Shown here: in pieces, positions 9,233-18,687 of the stretch | Layout of the letters: each line of letters opens with the position of its first letter | Numbering within the stretch: position 1 is the first letter of the stretch | Source of the DNA: Candidatus Fervidifonticultor quintus | GTDB taxonomy: Bacteria; Sysuimicrobiota; Sysuimicrobiia; Sysuimicrobiales; Humicultoraceae | NCBI GenBank assembly: GCA_031459535.1 | Contig: JAVKIJ010000011.1 | Coordinates: 1-52,107 of the forward strand | Length of the DNA stretch: 52,107 nt | Direction of reading: 5' to 3' | Translations under genes and position numbers: made by a program | Notes under the pieces: generated by a model | What the model was told of the DNA's origin: nothing | The model's database searches: none | Seen by the model: only the letters and a program-made list of their open reading frames with translations

Positions 9233-9970
9233 GTGTCCGGGGTGCGGGAGCGGCTCGATCGGGTTCGAGGGCGGATCGCGGCCGCGGCGGCGAGGGCCGG
9301 CCGAGACCCTGCGACGGTGACGCTGATCGGGGTGGCCAAGACCGTCGATGCGGCCCGGGTCCGCGCCGCGGTGGACGCGGGGCTGCGCGACGTGGGGGAG
9401 AACTGGGTGCAGGAGGCCTTGCCCAAGATCGCCGCGGTGGGACCCGGCCCGCGCTGGCACTTCATCGGACACCTGCAGCGCAACAAGGCCCGCGCCGCGG
9501 TCGGCGCGTTCGATGTGATTCACTCCATCGACAGCCTGCGGATCGCGCAGGCGGTGGATCGGGCCGCGGCGCGCTCCGGCCGGCGCGTTCAGGTGCTCAT
9601 CGAGGTGAATGTTGCCAGCGAACCCACGAAGTTCGGGGTGCCGCCGGAGGCGGCGGTTGACCTGCTGACCGCCATGCGCGGGCTGACGCACCTGGCGCCC
9701 GTCGGCCTGATGACCATGGCCCCGCTCGCGGAAGACCCGGAAGCCGTGCGGTGGGTCTTCCGGGCGCTGCGAAGGCTGCTCACCGAGATGATGAGCGCTG
9801 GAGCCCCGCCGGAGTTCACCCAGCTCTCGATGGGCACCTCAGGAGATTTTGAGGTCGCGGTCGAAGAAGGATCCACGATGGTACGGATCGGACGCGCGAT
9901 CTTCGGTGAACGACAGGCAGCTACGGGAGAGGCCAGACCGTCCAGGGAGGGAGGAGAGAGCGGGAGGTAG
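9233..9970 (+). CDS. yggS: YggS/YlmE PLP homeostasis protein
   Basis: GVAKT, GENWVQE, WHFIGHLQRNK, GLMTMAP, LSMG.SGD...VRIGRAIFG. Confidence 0.95.
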   Translation: MSGVRERLDRVRGRIAAAAARAGRDPATVTLIGVAKTVDAARVRAAVDAGLRDVGENWVQEALPKIAAVGPGPRWHFIGHLQRNKARAAVGAFDVIHSIDSLRIAQAVDRAAARSGRRVQVLIEVNVASEPTKFGVPPEAAVDLLTAMRGLTHLAPVGLMTMAPLAEDPEAVRWVFRALRRLLTEMMSAGAPPEFTQLSMGTSGDFEVAVEEGSTMVRIGRAIFGERQAATGEARPSREGGESGR

Positions 9971-9973
9971 ACG

Positions 9974-10372
9974 ATGGGCGCGATGCAGCGACTGTGGACG
10001 TTCCTGGGGTTCACCGAGGAAGATCCCGACGGCCCCCCGGAAGCCGAAGACCCGCGCCGGCGCAAGGCCCCGGTTTTCAACTTGCACACGCACCGGCCGA
10101 TGGAGATCGTCGTGCTCGAGCCACGCAGTCTCGACGAGGCCCGCAGCGGCGCCGATCACCTGAAAGCGCGCCGGCCGGTGATCGTGAACCTGGGGGATGT
10201 GGACCGGGAGCTGGCCAGGCGGATCGTGGACTTCGTCTGCGGGGTGACCTACGCGGTTGACGGGCAGATGCAACGGATCGGCGAGGAGATCTTCCTCTTC
10301 GCCCCGAGCACCGTGACCGTGATGGCGGAGACGACCGGTGACGGCCATCGCGAACTCTTCCCCATGGCCTGA
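9974..10372 (+). CDS. sepF: Cell division protein SepF
   Basis: PVIVNL, ARRIVDFVCG..YAVDG, IFLFAP; follows yggS. Confidence 0.93.
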   Translation: MGAMQRLWTFLGFTEEDPDGPPEAEDPRRRKAPVFNLHTHRPMEIVVLEPRSLDEARSGADHLKARRPVIVNLGDVDRELARRIVDFVCGVTYAVDGQMQRIGEEIFLFAPSTVTVMAETTGDGHRELFPMA

Positions 10373-11468
10373 TCGGCCTCCCTCGCCACCGCCGCCCGGT
10401 GGGGTCCGGGCGGTCTGGTTCGAAGACGGGACGGTGCGGGTAGTGGATCAGACCCGGCTGCCCGACGAGTTCGTCATCGTGACCTGCGAGACGGCCAAGG
10501 AGGTGGCGGAGGCGATCCGCGCGATGCGTGTGCGGGGTGCGCCGGCCATTGGCGTAGCCGCCGCTTACGGGGTCGCACTCGCCGCGTGGCGTGCCGTCAG
10601 GGCGCACCGGGCCGGTTGCGCCGCCTCGACGTCCGAGGTGCAGGCGGAGGTGGAGGCCGCCGCGTCTGTCCTCGTCGCGGCGCGGCCGACCGCGGTGAAC
10701 CTGCGGTGGGCGGTGGACCGGATGCGCGCGGCGGCCGGGGCAGCCGTGGCCGACGGGGAGGCGCTGGCAGCACGGCTGGTCCGCCAGGCCGAGGCGATCG
10801 AGGCCGAGGATCGGGCAGCGAACGAGACGATCGGCCGGCTGGGCCAGGCGCTGGTCGAGCCGGGCGAGCGGATCCTCACGTACTGCCACACCGGCGGGCT
10901 CGCCACGGCCGGGTACGGCACCGCGTTCGGGATCCTGCGCGCCGCCCACGAGGCCGGGAAGGGTATCCACGTCCTGGCCTGCGAGACCCGTCCGGTCCTG
11001 CAGGGCGCACGGCTCACCGCCTGGGAGCTGCTGCACTACGGCATCCCTGCCACGTTGATCACTGACAATGTGGCAGGCGCGCTCATGGCCCGGCGCCAGA
11101 TCGATCGGGTGATCGTCGGCGCGGACCGGATCGCAGCCAACGGCGACGTGGCCAACAAGATCGGGACGTACACGCTGGCGGTGCTGGCGCAGGCCCACGG
11201 GCTCCCGTTCATCGTCGCCGCGCCCACCTCGACCATCGACCTGTCCACCCCGCACGGGGAGGCGGTGCCCATCGAGGAGCGATCGCCGGCCGAGGTGACG
11301 CACGTGGCCGGGCGGCGCATTGCGCCCGAGGGCATCGCGGTGCGCAACCCGGCCTTCGACGTCACGCCCCACCGGCTCATTACCGCCATCGTTACCGAGG
11401 CGGGCGTCGCCTTCCCACCCTATGACCGCAGCCTGGCGGCGCTGGTGGCCGCCGGCGCCGGGCGCTGA
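10338..11468 (+). CDS. mtnA: S-methyl-5-thioribose-1-phosphate isomerase (start uncertain)
   Basis: DQTRLP, VRGAPAIG, ARPTAVNL, ETRPVLQGARLT, GADRIAANGD.ANKIGTY, NPAFDVTP. Confidence 0.93.
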   Translation: MTAIANSSPWPDRPPSPPPPGGVRAVWFEDGTVRVVDQTRLPDEFVIVTCETAKEVAEAIRAMRVRGAPAIGVAAAYGVALAAWRAVRAHRAGCAASTSEVQAEVEAAASVLVAARPTAVNLRWAVDRMRAAAGAAVADGEALAARLVRQAEAIEAEDRAANETIGRLGQALVEPGERILTYCHTGGLATAGYGTAFGILRAAHEAGKGIHVLACETRPVLQGARLTAWELLHYGIPATLITDNVAGALMARRQIDRVIVGADRIAANGDVANKIGTYTLAVLAQAHGLPFIVAAPTSTIDLSTPHGEAVPIEERSPAEVTHVAGRRIAPEGIAVRNPAFDVTPHRLITAIVTEAGVAFPPYDRSLAALVAAGAGR

Positions 11469-11469
11469 G

Positions 11470-12801
11470 ATGCGGCCTCGCCGCGCCCTGGTCCGTCACT
11501 TGGTGCTGGTCACCCTCGCGGCGATCTGGATCGGCCTGGTCGTCCAGAGCATCACCTATCGCAAAGCGCTGTGGTTCCACTACTATGTCGTCGATCTGGT
11601 CTGGCTGCAGTACCTCTTCCTGGTCCTGGCGGTCTTCGGCGGCACCATCCTCCTGCTCGGTGGCCTCAGCCGTCGGCCCCGCCCAGGGCGCTGGCCCGTG
11701 CTGCCCCCGGTCAGCGTCATCATCCCCGCGAAGGATGAGGTGCGCGCCGTCGAAGGTGCGGTGCGCACTGCCTGCGCGCAGGACTACCGGGGTCCCCTGG
11801 AGGTGATCGTCGTCGACGACCACTCGACTGATGGCACCTCGCAGCTCCTCGAGCGGCTGGCGGTCGAATTGCCCATCAAGGTGGTCCGCACACCGCCTGG
11901 CAGCATCGGCAAGGCCGCCGCGCTTACCGCCGGTGTGGCCCACAGCCGCGGTGAGCTGCTGGCGGTCTTCGACGCGGATGCGCGCCTGGGGCCCCATGTG
12001 CTGGCTCAGATGGTGCCACACCTGGCCGACCCCCGGGTCGGCGCGGCGCAGGGCCGACGGTTGGTCTACAACGGGCACCGGAACTGGCTGACCCGCGTGC
12101 AGGAGGACGAATATCGCGTCTTCCAGACCCTGCTCCAGCGTGCGCGCCAGGCCGTGGGCTCATTCGTGTGCCTGGCGGGCAACGGGCTGATCGTGAAGCG
12201 CGCGGCGCTGGATGCGGTGGGTGGGTGGAACGACGAGGCTCTGACCGAAGACATTGATCTCGCCGTGCGTCTGCACCTGGCCGGCTGGGAGATCCGCTAT
12301 GTCTACGACGCCGAGATCTGGGAAGAGGCCGTGGTGACCCTCCGCGATCTGATCCGCCAGCGCGAGCGATGGTTCGAAGGGGCGCTGCTGTGTCTGGGCG
12401 ACTATCTGCCGGACATCCTGTTGAGCACCCGCGTTCCCCTGCTGCGGCGGCTGGACATGATGTTCTTCCTGTCGGGATCGCTGCTGAGCGCGCTGGCAGC
12501 GCTGACCGGATACGTGTACGCCATGATCGGACTGGCCCCGGCCGCCGTGGTCTTCACCCAGTTGCCCCGGCACACCATGGCGTGGGCCTCTGCGGTGCTC
12601 AGCGCCGGGCTGTTCGTGTCCATGACCGCGGAAGTGGGTTACCGGCCCTGGCGCCTGATCGGGGTGATGGGCCGGTGGACGGTCTTCTCGTTCCACACGC
12701 TGGTCATCGTGCCCATGGCCATCCGGCGCTATGTCTACACGGCCATTACCGGCCAGCGCGACTGGCGGAAGACGGCCCACGAAGGCGCCGCTTCCCCGTA
12801 A
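11470..12801 (+). CDS. GT2 membrane glycosyltransferase (cellulose-synthase-like D,D,D,QxxRW)
   Basis: VVDDHSTD, GKAAAL, FDAD, TEDID, QRERW, flanking TM helices. Confidence 0.9.
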   Translation: MRPRRALVRHLVLVTLAAIWIGLVVQSITYRKALWFHYYVVDLVWLQYLFLVLAVFGGTILLLGGLSRRPRPGRWPVLPPVSVIIPAKDEVRAVEGAVRTACAQDYRGPLEVIVVDDHSTDGTSQLLERLAVELPIKVVRTPPGSIGKAAALTAGVAHSRGELLAVFDADARLGPHVLAQMVPHLADPRVGAAQGRRLVYNGHRNWLTRVQEDEYRVFQTLLQRARQAVGSFVCLAGNGLIVKRAALDAVGGWNDEALTEDIDLAVRLHLAGWEIRYVYDAEIWEEAVVTLRDLIRQRERWFEGALLCLGDYLPDILLSTRVPLLRRLDMMFFLSGSLLSALAALTGYVYAMIGLAPAAVVFTQLPRHTMAWASAVLSAGLFVSMTAEVGYRPWRLIGVMGRWTVFSFHTLVIVPMAIRRYVYTAITGQRDWRKTAHEGAASP

Positions 12802-12843
12802 GCCCCTCGGCCGGTCAACTCTGCTTCCCGCCGCGCCGTCCTG

Positions 12844-13884
12844 CTACCGGGGTGTGGCCACGGGCCTGATCGGGTCAGGTGTGGGCTGCGGCCAGCCGTT
12901 CAGCACCCGCTCGTAGATCCTGCGCAGCCGTGCGCCGATCAGGTCCAGCGACCGCGCTTCCGCGAACCGCCGTGCCTGCTCGCCCAGCCGGGCGCGGAGC
13001 TCGGGCTCCTCGGCCAGCCGACTGAGCTCCCGGGTGAACCCGTCTGCGTCGCCGGCCATCAGACAGTTCACGTTGTGGACGAACCGGCCAGCGAAACACT
13101 CTGCTTCCCGCAACACGAGCGGCCGTCCTGCCGCAGCGGCCTCCAGGATCGCGATGCCTTCGTTCTCGACGGCGCTGGGGAAGAAGAAGATGTCGCCGGC
13201 GGCGTACGCGTGCACAATCTCCTCCACGTAGCCAGGGAACCGGACGTTGGCTGGCGCCTCCTCCACGATCCGCAGGGTCTCGGGTTTCACCGCCCGGTGG
13301 ATGCGGCCGAACCAGACGAACGTCAGGTGCGGCAGCCGGCGCGCGACCTCCACGAACATATCGACGCCCTTGCGGAGCAGCACCAGCCCCACGGCAAAGA
13401 CCACGATCCCTCGCAGTTGGTGCGAGCCGCGACCCAGCGAGCGGGCGCGCCGCAGCGACGCGAACCGGCGCAGTTCCACGCCGTTGCTGACCACCTCGAT
13501 GGGTCGCATGACCCCGTGCTCCTCGAGCACCCGCTTGGTGTAGGCGGTGGGCGCCACGATCAGGTCGGCCTTGTTGTAGTAGTGGGTCAGGACCCGACCG
13601 AGATGCGGGGCGAGCACGTCGCTCATCACGAACGAGTTGGCGAAGTCCTCGGCGGTGGTGTGGGCGTGGATGAGGAGGGGGCGCGTGCCGCTGTACTTCT
13701 CGGCCAGGTAGAACGACCGCGGTCCCAGCGTCTCCAGGTGCAGGAGGTCGAACGGCTGATCGGGGTCGGCAGTCAGGGCCACCCCGGCGCTGCGCAGGGC
13801 CCTCCGGTGGTTCTCATAGGCTTGGCGGATGCCGCCGCTCCAGGCGGCGCTCTGTTCTCGCTCGAGATACAAGCAGACCTTCAC
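12844..13884 (-). CDS. GT4 glycosyltransferase, resembles glycosyl-diacylglycerol extension enzymes
   Basis: MKVCLYLE...HAHTTAEDFANSF, RKGVDMF, ENEGIAILEA (ExxxxxxxE). Confidence 0.85.
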   Translation of the reverse strand: MKVCLYLEREQSAAWSGGIRQAYENHRRALRSAGVALTADPDQPFDLLHLETLGPRSFYLAEKYSGTRPLLIHAHTTAEDFANSFVMSDVLAPHLGRVLTHYYNKADLIVAPTAYTKRVLEEHGVMRPIEVVSNGVELRRFASLRRARSLGRGSHQLRGIVVFAVGLVLLRKGVDMFVEVARRLPHLTFVWFGRIHRAVKPETLRIVEEAPANVRFPGYVEEIVHAYAAGDIFFFPSAVENEGIAILEAAAAGRPLVLREAECFAGRFVHNVNCLMAGDADGFTRELSRLAEEPELRARLGEQARRFAEARSLDLIGARLRRIYERVLNGWPQPTPDPIRPVATPR

Positions 13885-13922
13885 GGTACCCCCGGTGTTT
13901 CCGCGACGGTCCTCGCTATGGA

Positions 13923-13947
13923 CTTCGGCCCTGGCGGACATCTCCCT
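13923..13947 (-). promoter_or_regulatory. Putative sigma-H-like promoter of the GT4 gene
   Basis: Minus strand AGGGAGA-N11-GCCGAAG. Confidence 0.55.
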
Positions 13948-13970
13948 GCATGTCCGCAGGCCACCGACCC

Positions 13971-13999
13971 TGGACGCTCCTGCCGCTGCATGCTACACT
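13971..13999 (+). promoter_or_regulatory. sigmaA-type promoter of the T-box/ileS leader
   Basis: TGGACG, 17 nt, TACACT with TG extension. Confidence 0.6.
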
Positions 14000-14016
14000 A
14001 CGGCCGAATTTGCACG

Positions 14017-14267
14017 AGGTGATGACGGGAACCGGAGGACAGAGCCGCCCCAGAGCGAGCCGGGGAGTGGTGAGAGCCCGGCGGTGGCGGCATGCCGACC
14101 GATCGTCCCCGAGCCGCGGCCCGAACCGCGCTGCGCAGTAGGCGCCGCCGGCCTGCTCTCCCGTGATCGAGAGCCAAGCGTCGGATGCCGGGGCCGATGG
14201 TCCCGCATCCGGAATCAGGGTGGTACCACGGGTGCATCCCGTCCTTGCGGGCGGGATGTTGTTCTTT
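14017..14267 (+). promoter_or_regulatory. Ile-specific T-box riboswitch (transcriptional)
   Basis: GA motif (gatgac), AG-rich box, GGTGAGA loop, specifier ATC 14102-14104, antiterminator AGGGTGGTACCACG (14217-14230), terminator catcccgtcc/gggcgggatg + U-rich tail 14235-14267. Confidence 0.93.
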
Positions 14268-14281
14268 CGGAGGGAACGACG

Positions 14282-17200
14282 ATGAAGAGGGCCCAGTTCA
14301 AGCCAGTCCCGACCAGGGTCGACTTTCCGGCGCTGGAGCGCGAGATCCTGACCTGGTGGCGAGAGCGGGGCATCGTCTCCCGGTACCTGCGCCGCAACGA
14401 GGGCGCTGCCCAGCGCTTTGCATTCCTCGACGGGCCGATCACGGCCAACAACCCCATGGGGATCCACCACGCGTGGGGCCGGACCTACAAGGACATCGTG
14501 CAACGCTACAAGACCATGCGCGGGTTCCGCCAGCGCTACCAGAACGGTTTCGACGGCCAGGGCCTGTGGGTCGAGGTCGAGGTGGAGCGCGAGCTGGGGT
14601 TCAGGAGCAAGCGGGACATCGAGGTCTTCGGCGTCGGGCCTTTTGTCGAGCTGTGCAAACAGCGGGTCCTCCGGTTTGCCGACATCATCACCCAGCAGTC
14701 TCAGCGTCTGGGGTACTGGATGGATTGGGACCACTCGTACCACACCCTCTCCGACGAGAACAACTACACGATCTGGCACTTCCTCAAGAAGTGCTGGGAG
14801 CGCGGGATGATCTACAAGGGCCACGACGTCATGCCCTGGTGCCCGCGCTGCAGCACCGGGATCTCAGAACATGAGATCGTCACCGAAGGCTACCGGGAGC
14901 TGACGCACCCCGGCCTGACGGTGCGGCTGCCGTTGGTGGACGAGCCGGGTCGGTCGCTGCTCGTCTGGACCACCACGCCCTGGACGTTGACCAGCAACGT
15001 GGCCGCGGCCATCCACCCCGATCTGACCTACGTCCGCGTGCGCCAGGGGACCGAAGAGTTCTATCTCGGCGAAGGGGCGCTGGGCATGCTCCGGGGCCCC
15101 TATGCGGTGGTGGAGACGATGCCCGGGGCCGCGCTGATCGGCAGGCGCTATCGGGGACCGTTTGACGACCTGCCCGTGCAGCAGGGGGTGGAGCACCGGG
15201 TGATCCCGTGGAAGGACGTCAGCGCCGAGGAAGGGACCGGCATCGTCCACATCGCGCCCGGCTGCGGCGCCGAGGACTTCGACCTCGGCAAGGCCCACGG
15301 CCTGGCCGTCCTGGCCCCCCTGGATGAGTTTGGAGTCTTCGGTGCGGGCTACGGGTGGCTGGAGGGGCAGGGAGTCTACGAGGTGGCCGGACCCATCGAA
15401 GACGAGCTGCGGCGCCGCGGCCTGCTCTACCGCGCCGACCCTCATACCCACCGCTACCCGGTATGCTGGCGTTGCGGCAGCGAGCTGATCTTCCGGCTGG
15501 TGGACGAGTGGTTCATCGCCATGGATCCGGTGCGCGAGGCTATGATGGAGGTGACGCGCCAGATCCGGTGGATCCCGTCCTTCGGGTTGGAACGGGAGCT
15601 GGATTGGCTGCGCAACATGCACGACTGGATGATCAGCAAGAAGCGGTACTACGGACTGGCGCTGCCGATCTACGAGTGCAAGGCGTGCGGTTCCTTCGAG
15701 GTCATCGGCTCTCGAGACGAGCTGCGGGCACGGGCGGTGGAGGGATGGGAGCTGTTCGACGGCCACTCACCCCACCGGCCCTGGATCGATGCCATCAAGA
15801 TTCGCTGTGCGGGGTGCGGAGCAACCGTTCCGCGCATCGCCGACGTGGGCAACCCGTGGCTGGACGCGGGCATCGTGCCCTTCTCCACCCTCATTGATCC
15901 CGCTACCGGCAAGGTCTCGTACCTGGACGACCAGCGGTACTGGCGCGAGTGGTTTCCGGCGGATTTCATCACCGAGGCCTTTCCTGGCCAGTACCGGAAC
16001 TGGTTCTACTCGTTGCTCGTGATGAGCACCGTGCTGGAGAACCGGCCGCCGTTCCTGACCTGCCTGGGCCATGCCATGGTGCGCGACGAACACGGCCGGG
16101 AGATGCACAAGTCGTGGGGGAATGCCATCGAGTTCGAGGAGGCGGCCGAGCGCATCGGCGCCGACGTGGTCCGCTGGCTGTACGCGGCGCAGAACCCCGC
16201 CATCAATGTGAACTTCGGCTATGGCCCGGCGGATGACGTCCGCCGGCGCTTCATCCTGCCCTGGTGGAACGTCTACGCGTTCTTTGTGACCTACGCGGCA
16301 CTGGAGCCGCTGGATCTGGCCCAGCTGCAGGCCGCCCCGCCGCCCCTGCGCCTGCTGGACCGCTGGATCCTCTCGCGCCTGGCTCGGCTGGTGTCCACCG
16401 TGCGTGAGCGGCTCGACGACTACGACATGGCCGGCGCCACCCGTCCCGTGGAAGAGTTTGTCGACGATCTGTCCACCTGGTATGTGCGGCGCAGCCGCCG
16501 CCGATTCTGGAAGAGCGAAGACGACGCCGACAAGCGTGCGGCATACTACACGCTCTATACGGTGCTCAGCACACTGACGGTGGCCCTGGCGCCGTTTGTG
16601 CCCTACATCGCGGAGGCCATCTACCAGAACCTGGTGCGCGTCGTCGAAGCCGACGCCCCAGAGAGCGTGCATCTGTGCGACTACCCTGTCCCCGATGCCG
16701 ACCGCGTGGCGCCGGACCTGGAGACAGCCATGGCCGTCGTCCGCCAGGTGGTCGCGCTGGGCCGTGCGGCCAGGGGCGCGGCGCGAATCAAGGTCCGGCA
16801 GCCACTGCCCGCTGTGCTGCTTGCGACTGCAGACCGCCGTCTCCGCGAGCAGCCCGAGCTCGTGGAACTGCTCGCCGACGAGCTCAACGTCAAGCAGGTC
16901 CGGTTCATCGATGACACCGCGGAATATGTCACCTTCGACGTGAAGCCGCGGTTCGACAGGCTGGGGCCGAAGTACGGTGGCCGGGTGCAGGCCGTGGCGG
17001 CCGCCCTGAGGGCACTGGACCCACGGGAGGTGGCGGCGGCGTTGGCGGCCGGCAGGGGACCAGTCGTGACGCTGGCCGGCGAGCCGCTGCCGCTGGAGGC
17101 CGACGAAGTCGAGGTCCGGCTGCGCACGGCCGCCGGGTACGCCGCTGAGAGCGCCGGCGGCCACGTGGTCATCTTGGAGACCGCCGTGGACGAGGCGCTG

Positions 17201-17467
17201 GCCCGAGAAGGACAGGCACGGGAACTGGTACACCACATCCAGCAGCTGCGCAAGGAGCGAGGGCTGGAGGTCAGCGACCGGATCACGCTCTACCTGGCCG
17301 GGGACAGCCAGCTGGAGCTCGTGCTCCAGGCCCACCGCGACTACATCATGGCCGAGACGCTGGCCACGGCCATCCTGCCGGGTGCTACGGGTCTGGCGGG
17401 CGCCAAGCAGGTCAGGATGGACGGCCTGGTGGCCACCGTCGCCATCGCCAGAGCCGGTGCCCCATAG
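14282..17467 (+). CDS. ileS: Isoleucine--tRNA ligase, type 2 (IleRS2)
   Basis: FLDGPITAN, GIHH, WTTTPWTL, GTGIVHIAP, DWMIS..RYYG, EMHKSWGN, WYVRRSRRRFW, IleRS2 C-terminus; Ile T-box. Confidence 0.96.
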   Translation: MKRAQFKPVPTRVDFPALEREILTWWRERGIVSRYLRRNEGAAQRFAFLDGPITANNPMGIHHAWGRTYKDIVQRYKTMRGFRQRYQNGFDGQGLWVEVEVERELGFRSKRDIEVFGVGPFVELCKQRVLRFADIITQQSQRLGYWMDWDHSYHTLSDENNYTIWHFLKKCWERGMIYKGHDVMPWCPRCSTGISEHEIVTEGYRELTHPGLTVRLPLVDEPGRSLLVWTTTPWTLTSNVAAAIHPDLTYVRVRQGTEEFYLGEGALGMLRGPYAVVETMPGAALIGRRYRGPFDDLPVQQGVEHRVIPWKDVSAEEGTGIVHIAPGCGAEDFDLGKAHGLAVLAPLDEFGVFGAGYGWLEGQGVYEVAGPIEDELRRRGLLYRADPHTHRYPVCWRCGSELIFRLVDEWFIAMDPVREAMMEVTRQIRWIPSFGLERELDWLRNMHDWMISKKRYYGLALPIYECKACGSFEVIGSRDELRARAVEGWELFDGHSPHRPWIDAIKIRCAGCGATVPRIADVGNPWLDAGIVPFSTLIDPATGKVSYLDDQRYWREWFPADFITEAFPGQYRNWFYSLLVMSTVLENRPPFLTCLGHAMVRDEHGREMHKSWGNAIEFEEAAERIGADVVRWLYAAQNPAINVNFGYGPADDVRRRFILPWWNVYAFFVTYAALEPLDLAQLQAAPPPLRLLDRWILSRLARLVSTVRERLDDYDMAGATRPVEEFVDDLSTWYVRRSRRRFWKSEDDADKRAAYYTLYTVLSTLTVALAPFVPYIAEAIYQNLVRVVEADAPESVHLCDYPVPDADRVAPDLETAMAVVRQVVALGRAARGAARIKVRQPLPAVLLATADRRLREQPELVELLADELNVKQVRFIDDTAEYVTFDVKPRFDRLGPKYGGRVQAVAAALRALDPREVAAALAAGRGPVVTLAGEPLPLEADEVEVRLRTAAGYAAESAGGHVVILETAVDEALAREGQARELVHHIQQLRKERGLEVSDRITLYLAGDSQLELVLQAHRDYIMAETLATAILPGATGLAGAKQVRMDGLVATVAIARAGAP

Positions 17468-17516
17468 CTTGGGGGCCGCCCACGGATCGGACACGCCCCC
17501 GCCCTGCGATCCGGCC

Positions 17517-17545
17517 TTGCCAGCCGTGGGTCGGCCGAGTAAGAT
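17517..17545 (+). promoter_or_regulatory. sigmaA-type promoter
   Basis: TTGCCA, 17 nt, TAAGAT. Confidence 0.6.
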
Positions 17546-17589
17546 AGGGGCGGTTTTGCGCCGGAATGTCGTTGGAGGGATGATGCCTC

Positions 17590-18186
17590 ATGCCCAGCAA
17601 GCCTGCCCGCCGGCCGCACAAAGCGCCCAGACGCGCCGTCCGGGCGGCCTCGACCAAGAAGGCGCGGGCGAGAACGGCCCGTTCGGGCGTCCCGACCAAG
17701 GCAGGGACGTCCGGCCGCGGGACCAGTCCTCCCGCCGTCAGCCGCGCCGTCACCCACTCCCCAAGAGGCGCCCCCGCCGCGGCGCTCGGAGAACTCAAAG
17801 CCCGGCCGCTGAGCCAGCGAGAGCTGGAGGAGTTCCGACAGATGCTCGAGGCAGAACGCGACCGGTTGACCGAGGAACTCGAGGCCATCGAGGAACACCT
17901 GCCCGAGGTCGAGCAGGTGAGCGTCGACGCCAGCGGCGGGTACGACGAGGATCTGGCCGACGTGGCCAGCGACACCTTCGAGCGCGAGAAGGGCATCGCC
18001 ATCGAGAACAGTGTCCACGAACTCCTGCAGCAGGTCGAGGAAGCCCTCGGTCGCATCGAGGACGGCACATTTGGGACCTGCGAGATCTGCGGACAGCCCA
18101 TACATCTTGAACGGCTGCGCGCGCTCCCCTACGCGCGGCTCTGCATCCACTGCAAGGCGCGCGAAGAGCAGGCCATCTCCCGGTAA
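17590..18186 (+). CDS. TraR/DksA C4 zinc-finger protein with basic low-complexity N-terminus
   Basis: DLADVA (DxxDxA), ALGRIEDGTFGTCEICG...RLRALP.ARLCIHC. Confidence 0.9.
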   Translation: MPSKPARRPHKAPRRAVRAASTKKARARTARSGVPTKAGTSGRGTSPPAVSRAVTHSPRGAPAAALGELKARPLSQRELEEFRQMLEAERDRLTEELEAIEEHLPEVEQVSVDASGGYDEDLADVASDTFEREKGIAIENSVHELLQQVEEALGRIEDGTFGTCEICGQPIHLERLRALPYARLCIHCKAREEQAISR

Positions 18187-18257
18187 CGCTGGCCACGCGG
18201 TCCGATCCGGAACCATCGCGTCGTCCATGGTCGGCGACGGTTGCCGGCATCGCCGCC

Positions 18258-18683
18258 GTGATGGTGGTGGATCAGGTGGTCAAGATCCTGGTGGTTCGCC
18301 TGTTGCCCGGCGGCGCCAGCGTGGCCGTCATTCCCGGGATCCTGTGGCTCACCCCTGTGCGGAACACCGGTGTGGCGTTCGGACTCCTGGCCGGCCTCTC
18401 GCCCACCGTGACCGTGCTCGCGGCCTTGACCCTCTTCTTCGTGCTCTTCTACAATAAGGGCCGCCGATCGGGATCGCGCATGGAGAGAGCCGGTATCGCC
18501 CTGATGGCCGGCGGCGCGGCCGGGAACCTGCTCGATCGCATTCGGCTTGGTTTCGTGGTGGATTACCTCGACCTGCGCGCCTGGCCCGTATTCAACCTCG
18601 CCGACGTGGCCATCGTCCTGGGTGCTGGCGCCCTGGCCCTGGCGCTGGCCCGCGAGGGGCGTCCACCGCAGTTTCGGAGGTGA
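18258..18683 (+). CDS. lspA: Lipoprotein signal peptidase II (true start probably upstream, ~18189)
   Basis: DQVVK, NTGVAFG, GAAGNLLDR, VVDY, WPVFNLAD. Confidence 0.93.
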   Translation: MMVVDQVVKILVVRLLPGGASVAVIPGILWLTPVRNTGVAFGLLAGLSPTVTVLAALTLFFVLFYNKGRRSGSRMERAGIALMAGGAAGNLLDRIRLGFVVDYLDLRAWPVFNLADVAIVLGAGALALALAREGRPPQFRR

Positions 18684-18687
18684 CGGC

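Noticed and set aside
13829-14281. 151-aa N-terminal extension of IleRS in the ORF track
   Set aside because: Region is the promoter and T-box leader; an SD precedes ATG 14282
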